Under the pieces are notes generated by a model, which ran no database searches, was not told the origin of the DNA, and saw only the letters and a list, made by a program, of their open reading frames with translations. The position numbers and the translations under genes were made by a program. Shown here piece after piece: positions 1 to 10,039 of a stretch of DNA of 64,000 nt. Origin of the DNA: an uncultured Acidobacteriota bacterium (GTDB lineage: Bacteria > Acidobacteriota > UBA6911). Each line of letters opens with the position of its first letter. Positions within the stretch are counted from its first letter, which is position 1. The DNA is taken from positions 153,445 through 217,444 of the forward strand of contig CAWHCF010000038.1 of the NCBI GenBank assembly GCA_963827655.1, written 5' to 3'.

Positions 1-63
1 ACCCTGGATGAGGCATGATAACCCGCCACTCGTAGTTGCTTTCTTGCTTCTTTGGCAAAGATT

Positions 64-141
64 CTTGGTGTTTCTTCGTGTCTTTGAGTCTTAGTGGTAT
101 TGTCAGGCAGCTCTGACCACGAAGACACGAAGAAACACTAG
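64..141. repeat. Inverted pair of 9-bp-periodic (CTTCGTGTC-like) intergenic repeat arrays, REP-like family A
   Basis: TGGTGTTTCTTCGTGTCTTTGAGTCTTAGTGGT followed by the inverted ACCACGAAGACACGAAGAAACACTA; the same unit recurs at about ten other intergenic sites. Confidence 0.8.
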
Positions 142-229
142 AGCACTTCGATTGCGGCCGCAGGCCGCGTCAGACCCTTGTGTCTCACGCGGTCTAAGAA
201 TCAGAAAAAGAACTGATCGGGGAGGCGAC

Positions 230-1993
230 GTGGCAACGTTGGACTGGGTGGTAATCGCGGCTTATTTCGTCATCCTGCTGGGGCTGGCGTGGTGGGTCAT
301 TCGGAGAGGGCGGGACACCGCCGACGATTACTTCCTCGCCGGCCGCAATCTGGGCTGGTTTGTTGTTGGAGCTTCGATCTTTGCCTCCAACATCGGCTCG
401 GAGCATCTCGTTGGTCTTGCAGGTGCAGGCGCGACCAGTGGCGTGGCGCTGGCGCACTACGAGCTTCACGCGTGGTGCCTCCTGGTGCTCGGCTGGGTGC
501 TCATCCCGTTCTACGCGCGCTCCAAGGTCTTCACGATGCCGGAGTTTCTGGAGAGGCGTTTTTCTCCCACGGCGAGGTGGGTTCTGTCGATCATCTCGCT
601 CGTGGCATACGTCCTGACCAAAATTGCCGTGGGGATATTTGCGGGCGGCGTAGTGTTCGGCACGCTACTCCCGGAGATGCGGCTGGAGATCGGAACGACG
701 ACTTTCAACAGCTTCTGGATCGGGTCCGTGATGGTCGTCCTTCTGACCGGGCTCTACACGGTGCTGGGGGGGATGCGCGCGGTGGCGTACACCGAGGCGC
801 TGCAGACCTTGATTCTGGTTCTGGGATCGCTGATTCTCACGCTCTTCGGCCTGAACCGTCTGGGCGGCTGGGATGAGCTGCGCCGCGTCCTCGACCCGGA
901 CATGTTCAACCTGTGGAAGCCGCTGGTTCCCACGGGAATGGAAGGAACATGGGAGCCGGTGAAGGAGGCAGGGAGGATTGCCTGGTACTTCAACGGCAAC
1001 TATCCCTGGTTGGGAATGCTCTTCTGCGCCCCGATCATCGGGCTCTGGTACTGGTGCACCGACCAGTACATCGTGCAGCGCGCCCTGGGCGCCCCGAGCG
1101 AGCGTGAAGCCCGCCGCGGCACCATCTTCGCCGCCTTCTTGAAGCTGCTTCCGGTGTTCATTTTTATCATCCCCGGCATGATCTGGCTTGCCCTGGCCAA
1201 GACCGGAAAGGTGCCGGAGTTTGCGGCCATGATCGACACGAGCGGCCAGGCGGTTCCCGAGCAAGCCCAGTCGGCGTTTGCCCTCCTGGTGATGCATGTG
1301 CTGCCGGCTGGAGTGCGTGGGATCGTCGTAGCGGGACTCCTGGCGGCGCTGATGAGTTCTCTGGCGGGCGTTTTCAACGCCAGCTCGACGCTTTTCACCA
1401 TGGACTTCTACCAGAAGTTCCACCCCCGCGCCTCCCAGCACCAGCTCGTATGGATCGGTCGCGTCGCCACTACCGCCATGGTCCTCATCGGGCTTCTCTG
1501 GATCCCCGTCATCCAGGGAGCCAAGGGTCTGTACGACTACCTGCAGGGGGTCCAGGGTTATCTGGCGCCTCCAATCTTTGTGGTCTTCTTTCTCGGCGTG
1601 TCCATGAAGCGCCTCAATGCGAAGGGGTGCCTGGCCGCGCTGATCGTGGGATTTATTTTGGGCGCTTTTCGCCTCGCGGTGGACACTCCCGTCAGCCTGA
1701 AGCTGAGCGGATTCGAGCAGGGTTATCCTGAAGGCTCGTTCCTGTGGATCGTCAACAACATCTACTTCCAGTATTACAGCCTGTTCATCTTCCTGGTTTC
1801 GGTCGCCGTCGTGATCGCCGTCAGTTACATGACCGAACCGCCCGGAACCGAGCGCCTGCGCGGTCTGACTTACGCCACCGTGACCGAGGCGCACCGACGG
1901 GAATCGCGCAGCAGCTGGAACCGCTGGGACGTGATCAATTCCTGCGTCGTGGTGGGCCTGATCTTCGTCGCGTATCTGTACTTCACCGGCTGA
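230..1993 (+). CDS. Sodium:solute symporter (SSS/SGLT family), probably a sugar transporter
   Basis: Motifs DYFLAGR, SIFASNIGSEHLVGLAG, WYWCTDQYIVQRAL and LLAALMSSL; many TM segments; GTG at 230 follows GGAGG. Confidence 0.92.
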   Translation: MATLDWVVIAAYFVILLGLAWWVIRRGRDTADDYFLAGRNLGWFVVGASIFASNIGSEHLVGLAGAGATSGVALAHYELHAWCLLVLGWVLIPFYARSKVFTMPEFLERRFSPTARWVLSIISLVAYVLTKIAVGIFAGGVVFGTLLPEMRLEIGTTTFNSFWIGSVMVVLLTGLYTVLGGMRAVAYTEALQTLILVLGSLILTLFGLNRLGGWDELRRVLDPDMFNLWKPLVPTGMEGTWEPVKEAGRIAWYFNGNYPWLGMLFCAPIIGLWYWCTDQYIVQRALGAPSEREARRGTIFAAFLKLLPVFIFIIPGMIWLALAKTGKVPEFAAMIDTSGQAVPEQAQSAFALLVMHVLPAGVRGIVVAGLLAALMSSLAGVFNASSTLFTMDFYQKFHPRASQHQLVWIGRVATTAMVLIGLLWIPVIQGAKGLYDYLQGVQGYLAPPIFVVFFLGVSMKRLNAKGCLAALIVGFILGAFRLAVDTPVSLKLSGFEQGYPEGSFLWIVNNIYFQYYSLFIFLVSVAVVIAVSYMTEPPGTERLRGLTYATVTEAHRRESRSSWNRWDVINSCVVVGLIFVAYLYFTG

Positions 1994-2097
1994 GGGATTC
2001 GACCCCACTGGCGAAGCTTGCTTCGCCCAACAGCGGCAGAAGTCGCCAATGGTTTCTGGTCCGTATGAGGCCGCTCGCTACAAATAACTGAGCCAGG

Positions 2098-3528
2098 TCA
2101 GTTATCGACGTTTATCCTCCCTGCCGGCAACTGCTTCAGCAGCTCTTTCATTTCCGCCACGGTCTTCGCATAAGCGGGATCGCTGGCCAGATTTTTCATC
2201 TCCTGCGGATCGTTTGCGTGGTCGAAAAGCATGGCACCCGCCTGGCCGTCCTCCCACTCGGCGTAGCGCCAGCGTTCGGTGCGCACAGATTTGCCGAGTT
2301 TATTCTGAAAGCGCGTCACGGTGAAGGCCGGATGGCTCCAGGGGGCATTCGGGTTGAGCAGCAGCGGTGCGAGACTGTGACCTTCCAGGCCGGGTAGCTT
2401 CGACAGGCCGCAGAGCTCGACCAGCGTGGGATACATATCGAGCAACTGCACCGTGCGCGGCGAACTCCTCCCGCCGGTCTTCGTTCCCGGCACTGCCAGA
2501 ATCAGCGGCACCCGCGTTCCGACTTCGTAGAGCGAGTTGTGTTTCGACCACTTGCCTTTTTCGCCGAGATGATAGCCGTGATCGCCCCAGAAAACGATGA
2601 TCGTCTTATCGCGCAGCTTGAGCCGCTCCAGCGCATCGAGCACGCGACCGATGTTGGCGTCAGTGAATGTCGTGGAAGCGTAGTAAGCGCGGATCACCTC
2701 GCGGGCTTCTTGCATCGAAGCGTCCCGCTCGATGAACAGGTCACTGTTGCGCGCTGGGATGGAAATCTCAGGGAAACCGGGCGGCGCGGCCGGACGCGGA
2801 GCAAAATCGGGCGGGAGCGGCATCTTCGCGGGATCGTACGAGTCAATATATTTCCTCGGTGCAGTCGGCGGACTGTGCGGTTTGGTGAAGCCGGCGGCGA
2901 GGAAGAACGGCTTGTCCTTGTATTCCTCCATCAGCTGTATAGCGCGAATCGATGTCTGGTAATCTGCGTGCGATTCGCCGTCTCCATCGAGTATCACGAT
3001 CCGGTCGGATTGCGCAGCGACCTGGCCTCGGGCGGGACGCTTTGCGCCAGTGAAGTCGCGCGGCTCGCCGCCGACGGTCCAGGCATCGGCATCGTCAATG
3101 CCGCCATGAAAAATCTTGCCCATTCGCAGGGTTGCGTATCCGTTAGCCTTGAAGTGCTGCGGCAGAGTGGCGAATCCGGGGTGCTCCGCCCGAAACCACG
3201 TGACGTTATCCATCACACCGGTGGTGGTTGGATGGCGGCCGGTCAGCAGCGATGTGCGCGAGGGGTTGCACAGCGGGTACTGGCAATAGGCGCGCTCGAA
3301 GCGCACGCCCCACTTAGCCAGCTTATCTATGTTCGGCGTTCTGATGATCGGATTGCCGTAGCATCCCAGCGTCGGGCGCAGATCGTCTACGGCAATGAAC
3401 AGCACATTCAACTTCTCAGCTGCGGCCGCGCTGGTTGCGACAGAATCCGATTGCCAGGGTAGAAAAGCTGACACAAACAACAACGCCGAAAAACCGAGAC
3501 GGAGTTTCATCATTTTTTCGTCTCCCAA
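2098..3528 (-). CDS. Exported formylglycine-dependent sulfatase (iduronate-2-sulfatase-like)
   Basis: Signal peptide, NVLFIAVDDLR, CNPSRTSLLTG signature, GDHGYHLGE. Confidence 0.92.
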   Translation of the reverse strand: MGDEKMMKLRLGFSALLFVSAFLPWQSDSVATSAAAAEKLNVLFIAVDDLRPTLGCYGNPIIRTPNIDKLAKWGVRFERAYCQYPLCNPSRTSLLTGRHPTTTGVMDNVTWFRAEHPGFATLPQHFKANGYATLRMGKIFHGGIDDADAWTVGGEPRDFTGAKRPARGQVAAQSDRIVILDGDGESHADYQTSIRAIQLMEEYKDKPFFLAAGFTKPHSPPTAPRKYIDSYDPAKMPLPPDFAPRPAAPPGFPEISIPARNSDLFIERDASMQEAREVIRAYYASTTFTDANIGRVLDALERLKLRDKTIIVFWGDHGYHLGEKGKWSKHNSLYEVGTRVPLILAVPGTKTGGRSSPRTVQLLDMYPTLVELCGLSKLPGLEGHSLAPLLLNPNAPWSHPAFTVTRFQNKLGKSVRTERWRYAEWEDGQAGAMLFDHANDPQEMKNLASDPAYAKTVAEMKELLKQLPAGRINVDN

Positions 3529-3622
3529 CGAGGTTACCGGGGAATGCTTGACGCTCGCCGGTCTGGCGTTGAAAGCTCAACGTCGACTGGAAAAGTAGAC
3601 CGATGACGTAAAGCCGCGGGGG

Positions 3623-4984
3623 TTACTTCGTAGCGGGTGCGGGCCTGGGTAGCCACACCGGTTGCATCTGTTCCTTGCTCCAGGTATCCCACGCTGCTCT
3701 CAAGGCCTTCACCTTGTCAGGGTGATTGGCGGCCAGGTCTTTCGCCTCGCTCGGATCTTTCGCCAGATTGAACAGCATTGCCTGGGTCACCTTGGTCTCG
3801 TAGACGGGTCCCTGTGTCCCGGCCGCATAATCGAAGCCCTGGACCAGCTTCCAGTCGCCCTGGCGGATCGCCCATTGAGGACCAAACCGCCAGTGTAGAG
3901 CGTCATGCGGCCTGCCCCGTTTCTCGCCCTTGAGGTACGGCAGCAGGTTGACTCCATCCAGCTTCCATTCCGGCTTGACCTCGCCCCCGCTGGCGGCGAT
4001 CGCCGTTGGGAGTATGTCGAGTTGGATCACCGGATGGTCGTAGAGCTTGCCCGCGGGCAATTGTCCCTTCCATTGCACGAAGAACGGCACGCGGATACCT
4101 CCCTCCCACGTGTCGCCCTTCTGGCCCCTGAGCGGCCGGTTGTTCGACCCGTTTTGGCCCATCTTGGTCATCGGCCCGCCGTTGTCGCTGCAGAAGAAGA
4201 TCAGCGTTCTATCTTCAAGCTTCAAACTGCGCACTGCCGTCAAGACCCGGCCCACCGCGTCGTCCAGCGCCGACAGCATCGCTGCGTAGCCCCGCCGTTC
4301 CTTGTCTTCGACGTTCTTGAAACGGTCCAGATACTTCTCGGTCGCCTGAATGGGGACGTGGCATGCGTTGAACGGAAGGTAGAGAAAGAAAGGCCTGTCT
4401 TTGTTCTTCTGGATGATGTCGACGGCGCGCTCGGCGTATGCGTCGGTCGTGTAGAAAGCCGCATCGTCGACGCGTTTCGGGTCCGGACTGAGTCGGGAAT
4501 CTACCAGCTGGGGGTGGAAGAAGGGGGTGTTGGCCAGGGTGCCATAGAACTCATCGAAGCCGCGCTTCATCGGCCGGAACTCGGGTCCGTAACCCAGGTG
4601 CCACTTGCCGACAGCGGCCGTAGCGTAGCCGAGGATCTTCATCCGGTCGGCGAGAGTGGTCTCTCCGAGCGGCAGGCCGAAAATGTCGCGATTGCCGCCG
4701 CCCTCGTTGAATTCGTGGCCGAAGCGCGTCTGGTAGCGCCCGGTCAGCAGGCCGGCCCGCGTCGGGCTGCAATACGGGCCGGAGACGTAACCACGGGTAA
4801 ACCGGATTCCGCCTTTTGCAATCGAATCGATCTGGGGTGTGGGGACGTCCTTCCCTCCCTGTACACCAAGGTCGGAGTAACCGAGGTCGTCGGCCAGAAT
4901 CACGATGACGTTGGGTCGCTCGGCCGCCATTGCCGCAATCGAAACGAGACTCACAGCCAAAACCGAGATCAGCGTGCGGATCAT
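3623..4984 (-). CDS. Exported arylsulfatase A-like sulfatase
   Basis: Signal peptide, PNVIVILADDLG, CSPTRAGLLTGRY, GKWHLG, SDNGG, WEGGIRVP. Confidence 0.93.
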   Translation of the reverse strand: MIRTLISVLAVSLVSIAAMAAERPNVIVILADDLGYSDLGVQGGKDVPTPQIDSIAKGGIRFTRGYVSGPYCSPTRAGLLTGRYQTRFGHEFNEGGGNRDIFGLPLGETTLADRMKILGYATAAVGKWHLGYGPEFRPMKRGFDEFYGTLANTPFFHPQLVDSRLSPDPKRVDDAAFYTTDAYAERAVDIIQKNKDRPFFLYLPFNACHVPIQATEKYLDRFKNVEDKERRGYAAMLSALDDAVGRVLTAVRSLKLEDRTLIFFCSDNGGPMTKMGQNGSNNRPLRGQKGDTWEGGIRVPFFVQWKGQLPAGKLYDHPVIQLDILPTAIAASGGEVKPEWKLDGVNLLPYLKGEKRGRPHDALHWRFGPQWAIRQGDWKLVQGFDYAAGTQGPVYETKVTQAMLFNLAKDPSEAKDLAANHPDKVKALRAAWDTWSKEQMQPVWLPRPAPATK

Positions 4985-5032
4985 GATTGGTTTCCCTCAG
5001 GTTGGTATTTGGGGTTCGCTGTTTCCAGCGCG

Positions 5033-5057
5033 GAAAACTGGGACGTCGCCAATTTTT
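5033..5057. repeat. Imperfect GGGAC-GTC palindrome (REP-like family D)
   Basis: GAAAACTGGGACGTCGCCAATTTTT resembles the perfect palindrome at 45103-45128. Confidence 0.5.
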
Positions 5058-5158
5058 GCTCTTAGGATACCCGACAGGAGCATCTCGGGCGTCTGATCGA
5101 AGGCTACTATACGCGCCGGGCTTGGTGCTGTCCATCGCAACGCAGATTGTGGCTTGGG

Positions 5159-6004
5159 TCACGCCTCAAACATGGCGCTGATTTCCCGATAGCTTACAGC
5201 GTCATCGGCAAAAGTGAAGGTGCCGGTTTCTCGCATTTCCCGCGCAGCGCGAAGAAAAGCGCCGAGGGCGGCGCGGGAGAGCGCGCTGCCAACGCTGATG
5301 CGTTTAACCCCCAGTTCGGAAAGCGACGCAAGGCTCAGCTGAATGCCTTGCAGCCCCATCAGAACGTTCACCGGGCGATCGAGGGAACGGACCACAGCGG
5401 CGATGTCGTCCTTGCTCGTAAGTCCCGGCGCATAGAGAACATCCGCGCCCGCCTCCTGATAGGTCTGAAGCCGCTTGATCGTGTCTTTGAGATCGGGCCG
5501 CCCGACCAGGTAGTTTTCGGCCCGGGCCGTCAACGTGAAAGGAAAAGGAAGAGAACGGGCCGCGTCCGCCGCCGCACGGACTCGCTCAACCGCCCGCTGA
5601 TGCTGGTAAATCGGATCACTCGGGCGATTGGTGGCATCTTCGATCGAGCCGCCGACAAGGCCAGCGTCCGCGGCAAGCCGGATGGTTTCTGCGACCGTTT
5701 CGGGATCATCCCCAAAGCCGCTCTCAAGATCGCCGCTTACAGGCAACTCGCTGCCCGATGCAATAGCGCCTACATGCCTCATCATCCTGTCCCGGCTAAT
5801 CGTCTTGTCCCGCTGTCCGACAGAAAACGCATATCCGCCGCTCGTGGTCGCCAGCGCTTCAAAGCCCAGGTACGCAAGTAGCCGCGCCGTGCCAACGTCC
5901 CACGGATTGGGGATGATAAATGCGCTCTCCCGTTCGTGGAGTGCGCGGAAGGCGCTCCCTTTTTCTGCCTGAGTTCGCATCCGATACCTCCGGCCCAAGC
6001 CCAA
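5159..6004 (-). CDS. Isocitrate lyase/PEP mutase family protein
   Basis: PNPWDVGTARLL, LATTSGG, DLESGFG, GGSIED, TARAEN; true start probably the second Met (~5980). Confidence 0.88.
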   Translation of the reverse strand: MGLGRRYRMRTQAEKGSAFRALHERESAFIIPNPWDVGTARLLAYLGFEALATTSGGYAFSVGQRDKTISRDRMMRHVGAIASGSELPVSGDLESGFGDDPETVAETIRLAADAGLVGGSIEDATNRPSDPIYQHQRAVERVRAAADAARSLPFPFTLTARAENYLVGRPDLKDTIKRLQTYQEAGADVLYAPGLTSKDDIAAVVRSLDRPVNVLMGLQGIQLSLASLSELGVKRISVGSALSRAALGAFLRAAREMRETGTFTFADDAVSYREISAMFEA

Positions 6005-6248
6005 CGTGCCAGCTCAGGCGTGCGCGTCGCTTTTACGCATCCCCTGCAGCGCCGGGTTGGGCGTCGCGTCGCAACCAGGCGAGAACGTCATCCGCGTTCA
6101 GGTGAATCAATATGACCAGGTCGTTCGCGTTCGTCGTCACAACCGACCCATCCAGATTGGGTTGGGCATGATCCAGCCAACCGAATCATGCAAGGGCCTT
6201 GTTTCAGCGATCGGATCCCTGTCACCGACTCTTGCATCGGGCAGCGGG

Positions 6249-8447
6249 TCAAAAGATATTGACTGTATACGTGACCCTGAAATTGCGGCCATACTCCGCC
6301 GCCAGGTCCTTGATGTACGAGAGATGGTTCCGGTACAGGCGGTCTCCTGCGTTGATCAGCGCGGCGCTGATGGTGTGGCCGATCCGTCCGGCGTTCCAGG
6401 TATAGGCGGCCTTGAGGTTCACCACGGCGTAACCCGCAGTCCTGGTCTCCGGACCGAAAACCTCATCCTGGTCCGAGGCCATAACAAGCTGAGGCGCAAA
6501 ACTGAAGCCTTTGTGGCGGAATTCCACGCCGGCGCGTCCGCGCAACGGAGGAATGCGCGGCAAGTGCTCGCCGCTGTCGGTCAGCTCGGCGTTCACGTAG
6601 TCCGTACCAAGGTCCAACCAGAGCCAGTGCGTCAGCCCCACCCCGAGGCCGATCTCGAAACCGGTAAAACGGGAGTTGCCTTGAGTGAACTCAAAGACCG
6701 GGAGATTGTCTTCGATCTCGCCGGTCGGAGCGCCGAAGATGAAGTCCTGAATGTGGGTGTAGAAATAGTTGACCTCTCCGCGGAAACGCTCGGTCTGATG
6801 GCGCAACGAGAGGTCGATGCCGTTCCCGAGCTCGCGGCTCAGATTGGGGTTGCCGATCTCAAATCGCACCGTGCCAATGTGGGGGCCGTTGTTGTACAAC
6901 TCCTCGAGCGCAGGCGCGCGGTACGCCAGAGCGTAGTTTGCGGCGAAGACGGTGCTGGGGCCCAAGTCCTGCAGGAGACCAACCGATCCCGAGAACCCAG
7001 TGAAGCTCCGGTCGATCAGGCCGTCGGGACTGTAACTCGTATGGTCAAGGCGCCCTCCGAACTGAAGCTTGGATCTTTCCCATGCCAATTCCTCGTAGGC
7101 GAAAACGGCGAAGCTGTTTTGCCTGGTCGGGGGAGCCAGGGCTTCTGCGCCAATGGTCTCGTAGTCGCGGTGCAGCCCCCAGATGCCGAGGGTTCCGGTG
7201 AGCCGTCCGGCCCTGGCCTGCTCGAAGAATCCCTGGTATTCGAAAAGGTTGTTATTGAATCGCGTCGTGACTTCGTCTTCCTCGAGTTCCGCGTGTTGGT
7301 AGTCGGTATATCCTGCCCGGAAGCGCAAGTTATTAAACGGACCCGCGAGGTTCTTGAGGCCGGCCTTGAACTGAAACACGTCGCGCTTCGTATCGATGTC
7401 GATTAGCGCGTCCTCTTCCCCCTCGAAAGTGCCGGCGAACGGAATCCCAAAACGCAAATCGTCGTGTCCATAGTTGAAGCCGAAGCTTCCTCGCTCCTTG
7501 ACGAAGTCAAAACCGAGCTGCGCGGTTCCAGTGCGCGTTCGACTGTTCGGGACCGTCCCTTCCGGCGTATGGTAATCATCGGCGCGCCTTCCCCCTCCCC
7601 CGGCATGGAAGATCCAGCTCCCGGTGCCCAGGTCGATGTGGCCGTTGGCCGCCCCTTCCGAGTTGACCGTTCCCCCTTCAAAGCGCGCGTGTCCACTGAC
7701 GCCCTTGAACGGCGCGGTGTGGCCGACGTCGGAACTTACCGTATTGATGACGCCGCCGATGGCATTGCTGCCGTAAAGCAGCGATGCCGGACCGCGCACG
7801 ACTTCAATTCGTTCGAGGCTTGAAGGATCGATCGGAACACCATGGTCGCCTGACTGGCTGCTCAAGTCGGCCGTGCGGTTGCCGTCCTGAATCACCAGCA
7901 CGCGGTCGCCATCGAAGCCCCGGATCACCGGACGGGCCGAGCCCGGACCAAAACTGCGCATATTGACGCCAGGCTGCTCCTTGAGCGATTCGGCCAGCGT
8001 GCCCGAGAGGTTCTGTTCCAACTTTATCCCTTCAAGGGTCGATGTTGGTTGATAGGTTCTGAAGGTTTCTTGAGTGTACGGGCTCGCGGATACGACAACA
8101 TTCATCGCCAGTGGAGAAAGGGTCATCGGGATGTTGACCCTGGTCACGGCGTTATCCGTCACCTGAATCTTTTGCGAGCTGGTCTGGAAACTGGGGCCGC
8201 GCGCCTCGAGGAGGTAGGTTCCAGGCTGCACCCCCTCGATCTTGAACCCGCCGTTGTTGTCGGTAACAGCCGTTTGCCTGGTTTCAACGACCGTTAATTC
8301 GATGCCCGGCAGGGGTTTTTTGCTGCCGCCATGACTGACGATTCCTTCGACCGAACCCGGTGCGGCCCAGGCCGGCTCAGCGCAACTCAGCAATAACAGA
8401 AGCAAAATCCAGTTCTGGATGGACTCGAAATAATTGCGGAAAATCAT
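6249..8447 (-). CDS. TonB-dependent receptor, ZnuD-like metal uptake, with an N-terminal carboxypeptidase-regulatory-like domain
   Basis: Signal peptide; plug motifs RPVIRGFDGDRV...DHGVPIDP and IEVVRGPASLLYGSNAIGGVIN; C-terminal Phe. Confidence 0.9.
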   Translation of the reverse strand: MIFRNYFESIQNWILLLLLLSCAEPAWAAPGSVEGIVSHGGSKKPLPGIELTVVETRQTAVTDNNGGFKIEGVQPGTYLLEARGPSFQTSSQKIQVTDNAVTRVNIPMTLSPLAMNVVVSASPYTQETFRTYQPTSTLEGIKLEQNLSGTLAESLKEQPGVNMRSFGPGSARPVIRGFDGDRVLVIQDGNRTADLSSQSGDHGVPIDPSSLERIEVVRGPASLLYGSNAIGGVINTVSSDVGHTAPFKGVSGHARFEGGTVNSEGAANGHIDLGTGSWIFHAGGGGRRADDYHTPEGTVPNSRTRTGTAQLGFDFVKERGSFGFNYGHDDLRFGIPFAGTFEGEEDALIDIDTKRDVFQFKAGLKNLAGPFNNLRFRAGYTDYQHAELEEDEVTTRFNNNLFEYQGFFEQARAGRLTGTLGIWGLHRDYETIGAEALAPPTRQNSFAVFAYEELAWERSKLQFGGRLDHTSYSPDGLIDRSFTGFSGSVGLLQDLGPSTVFAANYALAYRAPALEELYNNGPHIGTVRFEIGNPNLSRELGNGIDLSLRHQTERFRGEVNYFYTHIQDFIFGAPTGEIEDNLPVFEFTQGNSRFTGFEIGLGVGLTHWLWLDLGTDYVNAELTDSGEHLPRIPPLRGRAGVEFRHKGFSFAPQLVMASDQDEVFGPETRTAGYAVVNLKAAYTWNAGRIGHTISAALINAGDRLYRNHLSYIKDLAAEYGRNFRVTYTVNIF

Positions 8448-8450
8448 GGT

Positions 8451-8565
8451 GGTTCTCCCAATCTCGGCGATATCTGCGCAAACACGTGGGCGTGCGAAGA
8501 TACTCGATAAGCGTTAGCGATGGTTCCTGTGCGCGCGTTGGTTACGGCCAGGTGTTGGGAGGACC
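8451..8565 (-). promoter_or_regulatory. Putative RBS/anti-RBS translational attenuator for the TonB receptor
   Basis: On the mRNA, GGTCCTCCCAA (8555-8565, inside the RGPP codons) pairs at 10 of 11 positions with TTGGGAGAACC (8451-8461, the RBS 3 nt before the ATG). Confidence 0.65.
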
Positions 8566-8923
8566 GCGGTTTTCTTCAGGATTGAAAGAAGCGTGAATCA
8601 GCCGCAACTCTGCCCGAATCGGCGTGTTCGATCGATCTGTGGACGATCGCCGGAACATTCTCTTTCGGGATTAAGCCATTGCCCAGAACCTTGTGAAAGA
8701 AGCAGGCGTTGCAGGGTTCGGTCTTGTGGAGAGACTCACATCGAACGAGATGGTAGACCGGGAGTCCGGCGTCATCTTCGGAGTGGAGGGCGGGTCCGCG
8801 ATCATGGAGTGAAGAATGATCCTGGAGGGCGTCAATTCCTGTGGATAACAAACCCACCAGGAGGCTCAACAGCAAAGCAGCGGCACAATATCGTGCGGAG
8901 GATCGCGTGCCTGTAAGACCCAT
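8542..8923 (-). CDS. DUF2946-like metal-sensing leader peptide (TM, His-rich, CxxC, RGPP), with one apparent frameshift
   Basis: ORF 8576-8923 has an N-terminal hydrophobic segment, HSSLH...LH and CNACFFH; the +1 frame continues ...IHASFNPEENRGPPNTWP* to TAA at 8542-8544. Confidence 0.7.
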
Positions 8924-9005
8924 GATTGAGTTAATCTATGCCAGCGGCACTTCCCTGTCAACTCCGCGAAAACGACCCCACCGCAAGGATGCGGCGCCCC
9001 GGAGT

Positions 9006-9992
9006 CTAAATATAATGTTTCAGATGTTCGCGGTAGAAGGCGAGGGTTCGCGCCAAACCGTCCCTCAGCGACACTCTCGGTTCCCATCCCAACACCGATC
9101 GAATGCGGCTGAAGTCTGCGTAGTAGTCGCCGATGTCAATCTTTTTCCGATCAGCCGGGTAAGAACGAACAACGTACTTGCCGCCGCCGTTGACGTCGAT
9201 AAGAAGCTCCGCCAGCTCCTTCAGGTTGATGACGCAAGTGCCGCCGAGATTGAAAACCTGTCCGTCCGTCTTCTCGCTCGAGGCCGTGAGGAGGAGGGCA
9301 TCGACGGCATCGTCCACATAGGTGAAATCCCTCACCTGATCGCCGTCCCAAACTTCGAAAGCCTGGTCCTCGAGAATCTGGCGGATCCAGATTCCTACGA
9401 AGGTCTGACGCGCATCCTTGACTCGCATGCGCGGCCCGATCGTATTCGTGAGGCGCAGGGCGCAGGCGCGAACCCCGTAGACGTTGTTGTAAACGATGTG
9501 GTACCACTCTCCTGCCATTTTGTTGATGCCATTCACATCGGCCGGGCGCAGCAGATGCTTCTCGTCAACCGGAAGGTAGTCCGGCTTGCCATAAACCTGG
9601 CGTGTGCTGGCAAAGATGATCTTGATGTCGGGATTGTGCTTGCGACAGGACTCCAGGATCGAGAGCTGTGCCCGGCAGTTGATATCGAGGTCGGTGTAGG
9701 GATCCTGCATCGAATCCGCATGACTGGTCTGGCCGGCCAGGTTGAAGAGCAAGTCCTTGTGCTGGACCAGGTATCGTAGGCTATATTCGTCACGGACGTC
9801 GGAAACATTGACCTGGACGCGATCCTCGAGGCCGGCGATGTTAAACAGGTTCCCGCCGTACTCCGGGACGAGGCTATCCACCAGCGTGACGCGCGCCCCC
9901 AGGTCGACCAGGTTGCGGGCAAGATTCGAGCCGATGAAACCCAGACCTCCGCTGATCAGGACTCTACGACCGGCGAATGTTTCTCTATCCAT
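9006..9992 (-). CDS. NAD-dependent epimerase/dehydratase (extended SDR)
   Basis: VLISGGLGFIGSNL, FNLAGQ, RDFTYVDDAV. Confidence 0.9.
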   Translation of the reverse strand: MDRETFAGRRVLISGGLGFIGSNLARNLVDLGARVTLVDSLVPEYGGNLFNIAGLEDRVQVNVSDVRDEYSLRYLVQHKDLLFNLAGQTSHADSMQDPYTDLDINCRAQLSILESCRKHNPDIKIIFASTRQVYGKPDYLPVDEKHLLRPADVNGINKMAGEWYHIVYNNVYGVRACALRLTNTIGPRMRVKDARQTFVGIWIRQILEDQAFEVWDGDQVRDFTYVDDAVDALLLTASSEKTDGQVFNLGGTCVINLKELAELLIDVNGGGKYVVRSYPADRKKIDIGDYYADFSRIRSVLGWEPRVSLRDGLARTLAFYREHLKHYI

Positions 9993-10039
9993 TTCTCAAC
10001 GAGCCTGTACTCTAATGATGATTTAGATCTTAACACGCT

